A stretch of DNA of 64,000 bases from the NCBI RefSeq assembly GCF_009914755.1, contig NC_060940.1; one strand, written 5' to 3'. Source of the stretch: the human T2T-CHM13v2.0 reference genome, Homo sapiens. The notes under the pieces were generated by a model. It searched no databases and was not told the origin of the DNA. It saw only the letters and a list, made by a program, of their open reading frames with translations. Positions 11,901-25,100 of this stretch are shown piece by piece. The translations under genes were made by a program, and so were the position numbers. Every line of letters starts with the position of its first letter. Position 1 is the first letter of the stretch.

Positions 11901-14900
11901 CTGGCTGCCTGGCTGGATTGGCTGGCTTGCCTGGTTGGCTGGCTTGGCTGGATGGCTGGCTTTGGCTGGGTGGCTTGGCTGGCTTGGCTGGCTGGGTGGC
12001 TTGGCTGGCTTGGCTGGCTGGCTTGGCTGCCTGGCTGGCTGGCTTGGCTGGCTGTGTGGCTTGGCTGTCTTGGCTGGCTTGGCTGGCTGGCTGGCTTGTC
12101 TGGCTGGCTGTCTGGCTTGGGTGGCTTGGCTGGCTGGCTGGCTTGGCTTGGTGGCTTGGCTGGCTGGGCCGCTTGGCTGGCTTGGCTGGCTGGCTGGCTT
12201 GGCTGGCTTGGCTGGCTTGGCTGGCTTGGCTGGCTGGCTGGCTTTGACTGGGTGGCTTGGCTGGCTTGCCTGGCTGGGTTGGTTGGCTGGCTTGGATGGC
12301 TTGGCTGGCTGGGTGGCTTGGCTGGCTTGGCTGGCTTGGCTGGATGGATGGCTTGGCCGGCTTGGCTGGCTGGCTGGCTGGCTTGGCTGGCTGTCTGGCT
12401 GGATTGGCAGGCTTGGCTGGATGGCTGGCTTGGCTGGCTTGGCTGGCTATGTGGCTTGGCTGGCTTGGCTGGCTATGTGGCTTGGCTGGCTTGGCTGGCT
12501 TGGCTGGCTTGGCTGGCTGGCTGGCTTGGCTGGGTGGCTTGGTTGGCTGGGTCACTTGACTGGCTTGGCTGGCTGGCTGGCTTTGGCTGGGTGGCTTGGC
12601 TGGCTTGGCTGGCTGGGTGGCTTGGCTGGCTGGCTGGCTTGGCTGGGTGGCTTGGCTGGCTGTGTGGCTTGGCTCTCTTGGCTGGCTTGGCTGGCCGGCT
12701 TGGCTGGCTGTGTGGCTTGGCTGTCTTGGCTGGCTTGGCTGGCTGGCTGGCTTGTCTGGCTGGCTGGCTGACTTGGGTGGCTTGGCTGGCTGGTTGGCTT
12801 GGCTGGGTGGCTTGGCTGGCTGGGCCGCTTGGCTGGCTTGGCTGGCTGGCTGGCTTGGGTGGCTTGGCTGGCTGGCTGGCTTTGACTGGGTGGCTTGGCT
12901 GGTTTGCCTGGCTGGGTTGGTTGGCTGGCTTGGATGGCTTGGCCGGCTGGGTGGATTGGCTGGCTTGGCTGGATGGATGGCTTGGCTGGCTTGGCTGGCT
13001 GGCTGGCTGGCTTGGCTGGCTTGGCTGGCTGTCTGGCTGGATTGGCAGGCTTGGCTGGATGGCTGGCTTGGCTGGCTTGGCCGGCTTGGCTGCCTGGCTG
13101 GCTTGGCTGGCTTGGCTGGCTGGCTTTGGCTGGGTGGTTTGGCTGGCTTGGCGGGCTGGGTGGCTTGGCTGGCTTGGCCGGCTGGGTGTCTTGGCTGGCT
13201 TGGCTAGCTTGTCCGGCTGGGTGGCTTGGCTGGCTGTGTGGCTTGGCTGTCTTGGCTGGCTTGGCTGGCTGTGTGGCTTGGCTGTCTTGGCTGGCTTGGC
13301 TGGCTGGCTGGCTTGTCTGGCTGGCTGGCTGACTTGGGTGGCTTGGCTGGCTGGCTGGCTTGGCTGGGTGGCTTGGCTGGCTGGGCCGCTTGGCTGGCTT
13401 GGCTGGCTGGCTGGCTTGGCTGGCTTGGCTGGCTGGCTGGCTTTGACTGGGTGGCTTGGCTGGTTTGCCTGGCTGGGTTGGTTGGCTGGCTTGGATGGCT
13501 TGGCCGGCTGGGTGGATTGGCTGGCTTGGCTGGATGGATGGCTTGGCTGGCTTGGCTGGCTGGCTGGCTGGCTTGGCTGGCTTGGCTGGCTGTCTGGCTG
13601 GATTGGCAGGCTTGGCTGGATGGCTGGCTTGGCTGGCTTGGCTGGCTATGTGGCTTGGCTGGCTTGGCTGGCTATGTGGCTTGGCTGGCTTGGCTGGCTG
13701 GCTGGCTTGGCTGGGTGGCTTGGTTGGCTGGGTCACTTGACTGGCTTGGCTGGCTGGCTGGCTTTGGCTGGCTGGCTTGGCTGGCTTGGCTGGCTGGGTG
13801 GCTTGGCTGGCTTGGCTGGTTGGCTGGCTGGGTGGCTTGGCTGGCTTGGCTCGCTGCGTGGCTTGGCTGGCTTGGGTGGCTCTGTGGCTTGGCTGGCTGG
13901 GCTGCCTGGGTGGCTTGGCTGGCTGGCTTGGCGGCTTGGGTGGCTTGGCTCGCTTGGGTGGCTTTGCTGGCTGGCTTGGCTGGCTTGCCTGGGTGGCTGG
14001 CTTGGCCGGCTTGGCTGCCTGGCTGGCTTGGCTGGCTTCGCTGGCTGGCTTTGGCTGGGTGGTTTGGCTGGCTTGGCGGGCTGGGTGGCTTGGCTGGCTT
14101 GGCCAGCTGGGTGTCTTGGCTGGCTTGGCTAGCTTGTCCGGCTGGGTGACTTGGCTGCCTTGGCCAGCTGGATTTCTTGGCTGGCTTGACTGGCTGGCTG
14201 GCTTGGCTGGCATGGCTGGCTGGCTGGCTAGGCTGGCTTGGATCGCTGGCTGGCTTTGGCTGGGAGGCTTGGCTGCCTTGGCTGGCTGGGTGGCTTGGCT
14301 GGCTTGGCTGGCCTGGGTGGCTGGGTGGCTTGGCTTGCCTGGCTGTCTGGCTGGCTTGGCTGGCTGGCTGGCTTTGGCTGGGTGGCTTGGCTGGCTTGGC
14401 TGGCTGGGTGGCTTGGCTGGCTAGCTGGCTTGGCTGGCTTGGCTGGCTGTGTGGCTTGGCTGGCTTGGCTGGCTGGCTTGGCTGGCTGGCTGCCTGGCTG
14501 GCTTGGCTGTCTTGGCTGACTGGCTGGCTTGACTGCCTGGCTGGCTTTGGCTGGGTGGCTTGGCTGGCTTGGCTGGCTGGGTGGCTTGGCTGGCTTGGAT
14601 GGCTTGGCTGGCTTGGCCGGCTGTGCTGGCTTGGCTGGCTTGGCTGGCTGGCTGACTGGGTGGTTTGGCTGGCTGGCTGGCTCGGCTGGCTTGGCTGGCT
14701 GGATGGCTTGGCTGGCTTGGCTGGCTGGCTGGCTTCACTGGCTTGGCTGGCTGGCTGGCTTCACTGGCTTGGCTGGCTGGGTGGCTTGGCTGGCTTGGCT
14801 GGCTTGGCTCGCTGGCTGGCTAGGCTGGCTGGCTTTGGCTGGGAGGCTTGGCTGCCTTGGCTGGCTGGGTGGCTTGGCGGGCTTGGCGGGCTTGGCTGGC

Positions 14901-17900
14901 CTTGCTGACTGGGTGGCTTGGCTGGCCTGGCTGGCTGGCTGGCATGGCTGGCTGGCTGGCTTTGGCTGGGTGGCTTGGCTGGCTTGGCTGGCTTGGTTGG
15001 CTGGCAGGCTTGGCTGGCTGGCTGGCTTGGCTGGCTTGGTTGGCTGTGTGGCTTGGCTGGCTTGGCTGGCTGGCTGGCTTGGCTGGCTTGGTTGGCTGTG
15101 TGGCTTGGCTGGCTTGGCTGGCTGGCTGGCTTGGCTGGCTGCCTGGCTGGGTTGGCTGGCTTGGCTGGTTGGCTGGCTTGGCTGGATGGCTGGCTTTGGC
15201 TGGGTGGCTTGGCTGGCTTGGCTGGCTGGGTGGCTTGGCTGGCTTGGATGGCTGGCTTGGCTGCCTGGCTGGCTGGCTTGGCTGGCTGTGTGGCTTGGCT
15301 GTCTTGGCTGGCTTGGCTGGCTGGCTGGCTTGTCTGGCTGGCTGTCTGGCTTGGGTGGCTTGGCTGGCTGGCTGGCTTGGCTGGCTGGCTAGGCTGGCTT
15401 GGATCGCTGGCTGGCTTTGGCTGGGAGGCTTGGCTGCCTTGGCTGGCTGGGTGGCTTGGCTGGCTTGGCTGGCCTGGGTGGCTGGGTGGCTTGGCTTGCC
15501 TGGCTGTCTGGCTGGCTTGGCTGGCTGGCTGGCTGGCTTTGGCTGGGTGGCTTGGCTGGCTTGGCTGGCTTGGCTGGCTGGCAGGCTTGGCTGGCTAGTT
15601 GGCTTGGCTGGCTTGGCTGGCTGTGTGGCTTGGCTGGCTTGGCTGGCTGGCTGGCTTGGCTGGCTGCCTGGCTGGCTTGGCTGTCTTGGCTGACTGGCTG
15701 GCTTGACTGCCTGGCTGGCTTTGGCTGGGTGGCTTGGCTGGCTTGGCTGGCTGGGTGGCTTGGCTGGCTTGGATGGCTTGGCTGGCTTGGCCGGCTGTGC
15801 TGGCTTGGCTGGCTTGGCTGGCTGGCTGACTGGGTGGCTTGGCTGGCTGGCTGGCTTGGCTGGCTTGGCTGGCTGGATGGCTTGGCTGGCTTGGCTGGCT
15901 GGCTGGCTTCACTGGCTTGGCTGGCTGGGTGGCTTGGCTGGCTTGGCTGGCTTGGCTGGCTTGGCTCGCAGGCTGGCTAGGCTGGCTGGCTTTGGCTGGG
16001 AGGCTTGGCTGCCTTGGCTGGCTGCGTGGCTTGGCGGGCTTGGCTGGCCTTGCTGGCTGGGTGGCATGGCTGGCCTGGCTGGCTGGCTGGCATGGCTGGC
16101 TGGCTGGCTTTGGCTGGGTGGCTTGGCTGGCTTGGCTGGCTGGCTGGCTTGGCTGGCTGCCTGGCTGGATTGGCTGGCTTGCCTGGTTGGCTGGCTTGGC
16201 TGGATGGCTGGCTTTGGCTGGGTGGCTTGGCTGGCTTGGCTGGCTGGGTGGCTTGGCTGGCTTGGCTGGCTGGCTTGGCTGCCTGGCTGGCTGGCTTGGC
16301 TGGCTGTGTGGCTTGGCTGTCTTGGCTGGCTTGGCTGGCTGGCTGGCTTGTCTGGCTGGCTGTCTGGCTTGGGTGGCTTGGCTGGCTGGCTGGCTTGGCT
16401 TGGTGGCTTGGCTGGCTGGGCCGCTTGGCTGGCTTGGCTGGCTGGCTGGCTTGGCTGGCTTGGCTGGCTTGGCTGGCTTGGCTGGCTGGCTGGCTTTGAC
16501 TGGGTGGCTTGGCTGGCTTGCCTGGCTGGGTTGGTTGGCTGGCTTGGATGGCTTGGCTGGCTGGGTGGCTTGGCTGGCTTGGCTGGCTTGGCTGGATGGA
16601 TGGCTTGGCCGGCTTGGCTGGCTGGCTGGCTGGCTTGGCTGGCTGTCTGGCTGGATTGGCAGGCTTGGCTGGATGGCTGGCTTGGCTGGCTTGGCTGGCT
16701 ATGTGGCTTGGCTGGCTTGGCTGGCTATGTGGCTTGGCTGGCTTGGCTGGCTTGGCTGGCTTGGCTGGCTGGCTGGCTTGGCTGGGTGGCTTGGTTGGCT
16801 GGGTCACTTGACTGGCTTCGCTGGCTGGCTGGCTTTGGCTGGGTGGCTTGGCTGGCTTGGCTGGCTGGGTGGCTTGGCTGGCTGGCTGGCTTGGCTGGGT
16901 GGCTTGGCTGGCTGTGTGGCTTGGCTCTCTTGGCTGGCTTGGCTGGCCGGCTTGGCTGGCTGTGTGGCTTGGCTGTCTTGGCTGGCTTGGCTGGCTGGAT
17001 GGCTTGTCTGGCTGGCTGGCTGACTTGGGTGGCTTGGCTGGCTGGTTGGCTTGGCTGGGTGGCTTGGCTGGCTGGGCTGGCTGGCTGGCTTGGGTGGCTT
17101 GGCTGGCTGGCTGGCTTTGACTGGGTGGCTTGGCTGGTTTGCCTGGCTGGGTTGGTTGGCTGGCTTGGATGGCTTGGCCGGCTGGGTGGATTGGCTGGCT
17201 TGGCTGGATGGATGGCTTGGCTGGCTTGGCTGGCTGGCTGGCTGGCTTGGCTGGCTTGGCTGGCTGTCTGGCTGGATTGGCAGGCTTGGCTGGATGGCTG
17301 GCTTGGCTGGCTTGGCCGGCTTGGCTGCCTGGCTGGCTTGGCTGGCTTGGCTGGCTGGCTTTGGCTGGGTGGTTTGGCTGGCTTGGCGGGCTGGGTGGCT
17401 TGGCTGGCTTGGCCGGCTGGGTGTCTTGGCTGGCTTGGCTAGCTTGTCCGGCTGGGTGGCTTGGCTGGCTGTGTGGCTTGGCTGTCTTGGCTGGCTTGGC
17501 TGGCTGTGTGGCTTGGCTGTCTTGGCTGGCTTGGCTGGCTGGCTGGCTTGTCTGGCTGGCTGGCTGACTTGGGTGGCTTGGCTGGCTGGCTGGCTTGGCT
17601 GGGTGGCTTGGCTGGCTGGGCCGCTTGGCTGGCTTGGCTGGCTGGCTGGCTTGGCTGGCTTGGCTGGCTGGCTGGCTTTGACTGGGTGGCTTGGCTGGTT
17701 TGCCTGGCTGGGTTGGTTGGCTGGCTTGGATGGCTTGGCCGGCTGGGTGGATTGGCTGGCTTGGCTGGATGGATGGCTTGGCTGGCTTGGCTGGCTGGCT
17801 GGCTGGCTTGGCTGGCTTGGCTGGCTGTCTGGCTGGATTGGCAGGCTTGGCTGGATGGCTGGCTTGGCTGGCTTGGCTGGCTATGTGGCTTGGCTGGCTT

Positions 17901-20900
17901 GGCTGGCTATGTGGCTTGGCTGGCTTGGCTGGCTTGGCTGGCTGGCTGGCTTGGCTGGGTGGCTTGGTTGGCTGGGTCACTTGACTGGCTTGGCTGGCTG
18001 GCTGGCTTTGGCTGGCTGGCTTGGCTGGCTTGGCTGGCTGGGTGGCTTGGCTGGCTTGGCTGGTTGGCTGGCTGGGTGGCTTGGCTGGCTTGGCTCGCTG
18101 CGTGGCTTGGCTGGCTTGGGTGGCTCTGTGGCTTGGCTGGCTGGGCTGCCTGGGTGGCTTGGCTGGCTGGCTTGGCGGCTTGGGTGGCTTGGCTCGCTTG
18201 GGTGGCTTTGCTGGCTGGCTTGGCTGGCTTGCCTGGGTGGCTGGCTTGGCCGGCTTGGCTGCCTGGCTGGCTTGGCTGGCTTCGCTGGCTGGCTTTGGCT
18301 GGGTGGTTTGGCTGGCTTGGCGGGCTGGGTGGCTTGGCTGGCTTGGCCAGCTGGGTGTCTTGGCTGGCTTGGCTAGCTTGTCCGGCTGGGTGACTTGGCT
18401 GCCTTGGCCAGCTGGATTTCTTGGCTGGCTTGACTGGCTGGCTGGCTTGGCTGGCATGGCTGGCTGGCTGGCTAGGCTGGCTTGGATCGCTGGCTGGCTT
18501 TGGCTGGGAGGCTTGGCTGCCTTGGCTGGCTGGGTGGCTTGGCTGGCTTGGCTGGCCTGGGTGGCTGGGTGGCTTGGCTTGCCTGGCTGTCTGGCTGGCT
18601 TGGCTGGCTGGCTGGCTTTGGCTGGGTGGCTTGGCTGGCTTGGCTGGCTGGGTGGCTTGGCTGGCTAGCTGGCTTGGCTGGCTTGGCTGGCTGTGTGGCT
18701 TGGCTGGCTTGGCTGGCTGGCTTGGCTGGCTGGCTGCCTGGCTGGCTTGGCTGTCTTGGCTGACTGGCTGGCTTGACTGCCTGGCTGGCTTTGGCTGGGT
18801 GGCTTGGCTGGCTTGGCTGGCTGGGTGGCTTGGCTGGCTTGGATGGCTTGGCTGGCTTGGCCGGCTGTGCTGGCTTGGCTGGCTTGGCTGGCTGGCTGAC
18901 TGGGTGGTTTGGCTGGCTGGCTGGCTCGGCTGGCTTGGCTGGCTGGATGGCTTGGCTGGCTTGGCTGGCTGGCTGGCTTCACTGGCTTGGCTGGCTGGCT
19001 GGCTTCACTGGCTTGGCTGGCTGGGTGGCTTGGCTGGCTTGGCTGGCTTGGCTCGCTGGCTGGCTAGGCTGGCTGGCTTTGGCTGGGAGGCTTGGCTGCC
19101 TTGGCTGGCTGGGTGGCTTGGCGGGCTTGGCGGGCTTGGCTGGCCTTGCTGACTGGGTGGCTTGGCTGGCCTGGCTGGCTGGCTGGCATGGCTGGCTGGC
19201 TGGCTTTGGCTGGGTGGCTTGGCTGGCTTGGCTGGCTTGGTTGGCTGGCAGGCTTGGCTGGCTGGCTGGCTTGGCTGGCTTGGTTGGCTGTGTGGCTTGG
19301 CTGGCTTGGCTGGCTGGCTGGCTTGGCTGGCTTGGTTGGCTGTGTGGCTTGGCTGGCTTGGCTGGCTGGCTGGCTTGGCTGGCTGCCTGGCTGGGTTGGC
19401 TGGCTTGGCTGGTTGGCTGGCTTGGCTGGATGGCTGGCTTTGGCTGGGTGGCTTGGCTGGCTTGGCTGGCTGGGTGGCTTGGCTGGCTTGGATGGCTGGC
19501 TTGGCTGCCTGGCTGGCTGGCTTGGCTGGCTGTGTGGCTTGGCTGTCTTGGCTGGCTTGGCTGGCTGGCTGGCTTGTCTGGCTGGCTGTCTGGCTTGGGT
19601 GGCTTGGCTGGCTGGCTGGCTTGGCTGGCTGGCTAGGCTGGCTTGGATCGCTGGCTGGCTTTGGCTGGGAGGCTTGGCTGCCTTGGCTGGCTGGGTGGCT
19701 TGGCTGGCTTGGCTGGCCTGGGTGGCTGGGTGGCTTGGCTTGCCTGGCTGTCTGGCTGGCTTGGCTGGCTGGCTGGCTGGCTTTGGCTGGGTGGCTTGGC
19801 TGGCTTGGCTGGCTTGGCTGGCTGGCAGGCTTGGCTGGCTAGTTGGCTTGGCTGGCTTGGCTGGCTGTGTGGCTTGGCTGGCTTGGCTGGCTGGCTGGCT
19901 TGGCTGGCTGCCTGGCTGGCTTGGCTGTCTTGGCTGACTGGCTGGCTTGACTGCCTGGCTGGCTTTGGCTGGGTGGCTTGGCTGGCTTGGCTGGCTGGGT
20001 GGCTTGGCTGGCTTGGATGGCTTGGCTGGCTTGGCCGGCTGTGCTGGCTTGGCTGGCTTGGCTGGCTGGCTGACTGGGTGGCTTGGCTGGCTGGCTGGCT
20101 TGGCTGGCTTGGCTGGCTGGATGGCTTGGCTGGCTTGGCTGGCTGGCTGGCTTCACTGGCTTGGCTGGCTGGGTGGCTTGGCTGGCTTGGCTGGCTTGGC
20201 TGGCTTGGCTCGCAGGCTGGCTAGGCTGGCTGGCTTTGGCTGGGAGGCTTGGCTGCCTTGGCTGGCTGCGTGGCTTGGCGGGCTTGGCTGGCCTTGCTGG
20301 CTGGGTGGCATGGCTGGCCTGGCTGGCTGGCTGGCATGGCTGGCTGGCTGGCTTTGGCTGGGTGGCTTGGCTGGCTTGGCTGGCTGGCTGGCTTGGCTGG
20401 CTGCCTGGCTGGATTGGCTGGCTTGCCTGGTTGGCTGGCTTGGCTGGATGGCTGGCTTTGGCTGGGTGGCTTGGCTGGCTTGGCTGGCTGGGTGGCTTGG
20501 CTGGCTTGGCTGGCTGGCTTGGCTGCCTGGCTGGCTGGCTTGGCTGGCTGTGTGGCTTGGCTGTCTTGGCTGGCTTGGCTGGCTGGCTGGCTTGTCTGGC
20601 TGGCTGTCTGGCTTGGGTGGCTTGGCTGGCTGGCTGGCTTGGCTTGGTGGCTTGGCTGGCTGGGCCGCTTGGCTGGCTTGGCTGGCTGGCTGGCTTGGCT
20701 GGCTTGGCTGGCTTGGCTGGCTTGGCTGGCTGGCTGGCTTTGACTGGGTGGCTTGGCTGGCTTGCCTGGCTGGGTTGGTTGGCTGGCTTGGATGGCTTGG
20801 CTGGCTGGGTGGCTTGGCTGGCTTGGCTGGCTTGGCTGGATGGATGGCTTGGCCGGCTTGGCTGGCTGGCTGGCTGGCTTGGCTGGCTGTCTGGCTGGAT

Positions 20901-22140
20901 TGGCAGGCTTGGCTGGATGGCTGGCTTGGCTGGCTTGGCTGGCTATGTGGCTTGGCTGGCTTGGCTGGCTATGTGGCTTGGCTGGCTTGGCTGGCTTGGC
21001 TGGCTTGGCTGGCTGGCTGGCTTGGCTGGGTGGCTTGGTTGGCTGGGTCACTTGACTGGCTTGGCTGGCTGGCTGGCTTTGGCTGGGTGGCTTGGCTGGC
21101 TTGGCTGGCTGGGTGGCTTGGCTGGCTGGCTGGCTTGGCTGGGTGGCTTGGCTGGCTGTGTGGCTTGGCTCTCTTGGCTGGCTTGGCTGGCCGGCTTGGC
21201 TGGCTGTGTGGCTTGGCTGTCTTGGCTGGCTTGGCTGGCTGGCTGGCTTGTCTGGCTGGCTGGCTGACTTGGGTGGCTTGGCTGGCTGGTTGGCTTGGCT
21301 GGGTGGCTTGGCTGGCTGGGCCGCTTGGCTGGCTTGGCTGGCTGGCTGGCTTGGGTGGCTTGGCTGGCTGGCTGGCTTTGACTGGGTGGCTTGGCTGGTT
21401 TGCCTGGCTGGGTTGGTTGGCTGGCTTGGATGGCTTGGCCGGCTGGGTGGATTGGCTGGCTTGGCTGGATGGATGGCTTGGCTGGCTTGGCTGGCTGGCT
21501 GGCTGGCTTGGCTGGCTTGGCTGGCTGTCTGGCTGGATTGGCAGGCTTGGCTGGATGGCTGGCTTGGCTGGCTTGGCCGGCTTGGCTGCCTGGCTGGCTT
21601 GGCTGGCTTGGCTGGCTGGCTTTGGCTGGGTGGTTTGGCTGGCTTGGCGGGCTGGGTGGCTTGGCTGGCTTGGCCGGCTGGGTGTCTTGGCTGGCTTGGC
21701 TAGCTTGTCCGGCTGGGTGGCTTGGCTGGCTGTGTGGCTTGGCTGTCTTGGCTGGCTTGGCTGGCTGTGTGGCTTGGCTGTCTTGGCTGGCTTGGCTGGC
21801 TGGCTGGCTTGTCTGGCTGGCTGGCTGACTTGGGTGGCTTGGCTGGCTGGCTGGCTTGGCTGGGTGGCTTGGCTGGCTGGGCCGCTTGGCTGGCTTGGCT
21901 GGCTGGCTGGCTTGGCTGGCTTGGCTGGCTGGCTGGCTTTGACTGGGTGGCTTGGCTGGTTTGCCTGGCTGGGTTGGTTGGCTGGCTTGGATGGCTTGGC
22001 CGGCTGGGTGGATTGGCTGGCTTGGCTGGATGGATGGCTTGGCTGGCTTGGCTGGCTGGCTGGCTGGCTTGGCTGGCTTGGCTGGCTGTCTGGCTGGATT
22101 GGCAGGCTTGGCTGGATGGCTGGCTTGGCTGGCTTGGCTG
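8975..22140. repeat. Higher-order tandem repeat B, period ~4243-4244 bp, ~3.1 copies
   Basis: Identical or near-identical ORFs recur at 9534/13777/18021, 9934/14177/18421, 10286/14529/18773 and 11460/15703/19947. Boundaries are approximate. Confidence 0.9.
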
Positions 22141-25100
22141 GCTGGCAGGCTTGGCTGGCTAGCTGGCTTGGCGTGCTTGGCTGGCTGTGTGGCTTGGCTG
22201 GCTTGGCTGGCTGGCCGGCTTGGCTGGCTGGCTGCCTGGCTGGCTTGGCTGTCTTGGCTGACTGGCTGGCTTGACTGCCTGGCTGGCTTTGGCTCGGTGG
22301 CTTGGCTGGCTTGGCTGGCTGGGTGGCTTGGCTGGCTTGGATGGCTTGGCTGGCTTGGCAGGCTGTGCTGGCTTGGCTGGCTTGGCTGGCTGGCTGACTG
22401 GGTGGCTTGGCTGGCTGGCTAGCTTGGCTGGCTTGGCTGGCTGGATGGCTAGGCTGGCTTGGCTGGCTGGCTGGCTTCACTGGCTTGGCCGGCTGGGTGG
22501 CTTGGCTGGCTTGGCTGGCTTGGCTGGCTTGGCTCGCTGGCTGGCTAGGCTGGCTGGCTTTGGCTGGGAGGCTTGGCTGCCTTGGCTGGCTGGGTGGCTT
22601 GGCGGGCTTGGCTGGCCTTGCTGGCTGGGTGGCTTGGCTGGCCTGGCTGGCTGGCTGTCATGGCTGGCTGGCTGGCTTTGGCTGGGTGGCTTGGCTGGCT
22701 TGGCTGGCTTGGTTGGCTGGCAGGCTTGGCTGGCTGGCTGGCTTGGCTGGCTTGGTTGGCTGTGTGGCTTGGGTGGCTTGGCTGGCTTGGCTGGCTTGGT
22801 TGGCTGGCAGGCTTGGCTGGCTGGCTGGCTTGGCTGGCTTGGTTGGCTGTGTGGCTTGGCTGGCTGGCTGGCTTGGCTGGCTGCCTGGCTGTCTTGGCTG
22901 GCTTGGCTGGCTTGGCTCGTTGGCTGGCTTGGCTGGATGGGTGGCTTTGGATGGGTGGCTTGCCTGGCTTGGCTGGCTGGGTGGCTTGGCTGGCTTGGAT
23001 GGCTTGGGCGGCTTGGCTGCCTTGGATGGCTTGGGCGGCTTGGCTGGCTTGGCTGGCTGGCCGACTGGGTGGCTTGCCTGGCTGGCTGGCTTGGCTGGCT
23101 TGGCTGGATGGATGGCTTGGCTGGCTTGGCTGGCTGGCTGGCTGGCTTGGCTGGCTTGGCTGGCTGTCTGGCTGTATTGGCAGGCTTGGCTGGATGGCTG
23201 GCTTGGCCGGCTTGGCTGGCTGTGTGGCTTGGCTGGCTTGGCTGGTTGGCTGGCTTGGCTGGCTGTCTGGCTGTATTGGCAGGCTTGGCTGGATGGCTGG
23301 CTTGGCCGGCTTGGCTGGCTGTGTTGCTTGGCTGGCTTAGCTGGCTGGCTGGCTTGGCTGGCTGCCTGGCTGGCTTGGCTGTCTTGGCTGACTGGCTGGC
23401 TTGACTGCCTGGCTGGCTTTGGCTGGGTGGCTTGGCTGGCTTGGCTGGCTGGGTGGCTTGGCTGGCTTGGATGGCTTGGCTGGCTTGGCCGGCTGTGCTG
23501 GCTTGGCTGGCTTGGCTGGCTGGCTGACTGGGTGGCTTGGCTGGCTGTCTGGCTTGGCTGGCTTGGCTGGATGGATGGATTGGCTGGCTTGGCTGGCTGG
23601 CTGGCTTCACTGGCTTGGCTGGCTGGGTGGCTTGGCTGGCTTGGCCGGCTTGGCTGGCTTGGCTCGCTGGCTGGCTAGGCTGGCTGGCTTTGGCTGGGAG
23701 GCTTGGCTGCCTTGGCTGGCTGGGTGGCTTGGCGGGCTTGGCTGGCCTTGCTGGCTGGGTGGCTTGGCTGGCCTGGGTGGCTGGCTGTCATGGCTGGCTG
23801 GCTGGCTTTGGCTGGGTGGCTTGGCTGGCTTGGCTGGCTTGGTTGGCTGGCAGGCTTGGCTGGCTGGCTGGCTTGGCCGGCTTGGTTGGCTGTGTGGCTT
23901 GGCTGGCTTGGCTGGCTGGCTGGCTTGGCTGGCTTGGTTGGCTGTGTGGCTTGGCTGGCTTGGCTGGCTGGCTGGCTTGGCTGGCTGCCTGGCTGGATTG
24001 GCTGGCTTGGCTGGTTGGCTGGCTTGGCTGGATGGCTGGCTTTGGCTGGGTGGCTTGGCTGGCTTGGCTGTCTGGGTGGCTTGGCTGGCTTGGCTGGCTG
24101 GCTTGGCTGCCTGGCTGGCTGGCTTGGTTGGCTGTGTGGCTTGGCTGTCTTGGCTGGCTTGGCTGGCTGGCTGGCTTGTCTGGCTGGCTGGCTGGCTTGG
24201 GTGGCTTGGCTGGCTGGCTGGCTGGCTGGCTTTGACTGGGTGGCTTGGCTGGCTTGCCTGGCTGGGTTGGTTGGCTGGCTTGGATGGCTTGGCCGGCTGG
24301 GTGGCTTGGCTGTCTTTGCTGGCTTGGCTGGATGGATGGCTTGGCTGGCTTGGCTGGCTGGCTGGCTGGCTTGGCTGGCTTGGCTGGCTGTCTGGCTGGA
24401 TTGGCAGGCTTGGCTGGATGGCTGGCTTGGCTGGCTTGGCTGGCTATGTGGCTTGGCTGGCTTGGCTGGCTCTGTGGCTTGGCTGGCTTGGCTGGCTTGG
24501 CTGGCTTGGCTGGCTGGCTGGCTTGGCTGGGTGGCTTGGCTGGCTGGGTCACTTGGCTGGCTTGGCTGGCTGGCTGGCTTTGGCTGGCTGGCTTGGCTGG
24601 CTTGGCTGGCTGGGTGGCTTGGCTGGCTTGGCTGGTTGGCTGGCTGGGTGGCTTGGCTGGCTTGGCTCGCTGGGTGGCTTGGCTGGCTTGGGTGGCTCTG
24701 TGGCTTGGCTGGCTGGGATGCCTGGGTGGCTTGGCTGGCTGGCTTGGCGGCTTGGGTGGCTTGGCTCGCTTGGGTGGCTTTGCTGGCTGGCTTGGCTGGC
24801 TTGGCTGGCTTGCCTGGCTGGCTGGCTTGGCCGGCTTGGCTGCCTGGCTGGCTTGGCTGGCTTGGCTGGCTGGCTTTGGCTGGGTGGTTTGGCTGGCTTG
24901 GCGGGCTGGGTGGCTTGGCTGGCTTGGCCGGCTGGGTGTCTTGGCTGGCTTGGCTAGCTTGTCCGGCTGGGTGGCTTGGCTGCCTTGGCCGGCTGGATTT
25001 CTTGGCCTGCTTGACTGGCTGGCTGGCTTGGCTGGCATGGCTGGCTGGCTTGCTAGGCTGGCTTGGATCACTGGCTGGCTTTGGCTGGGAGGCTTGGCTT

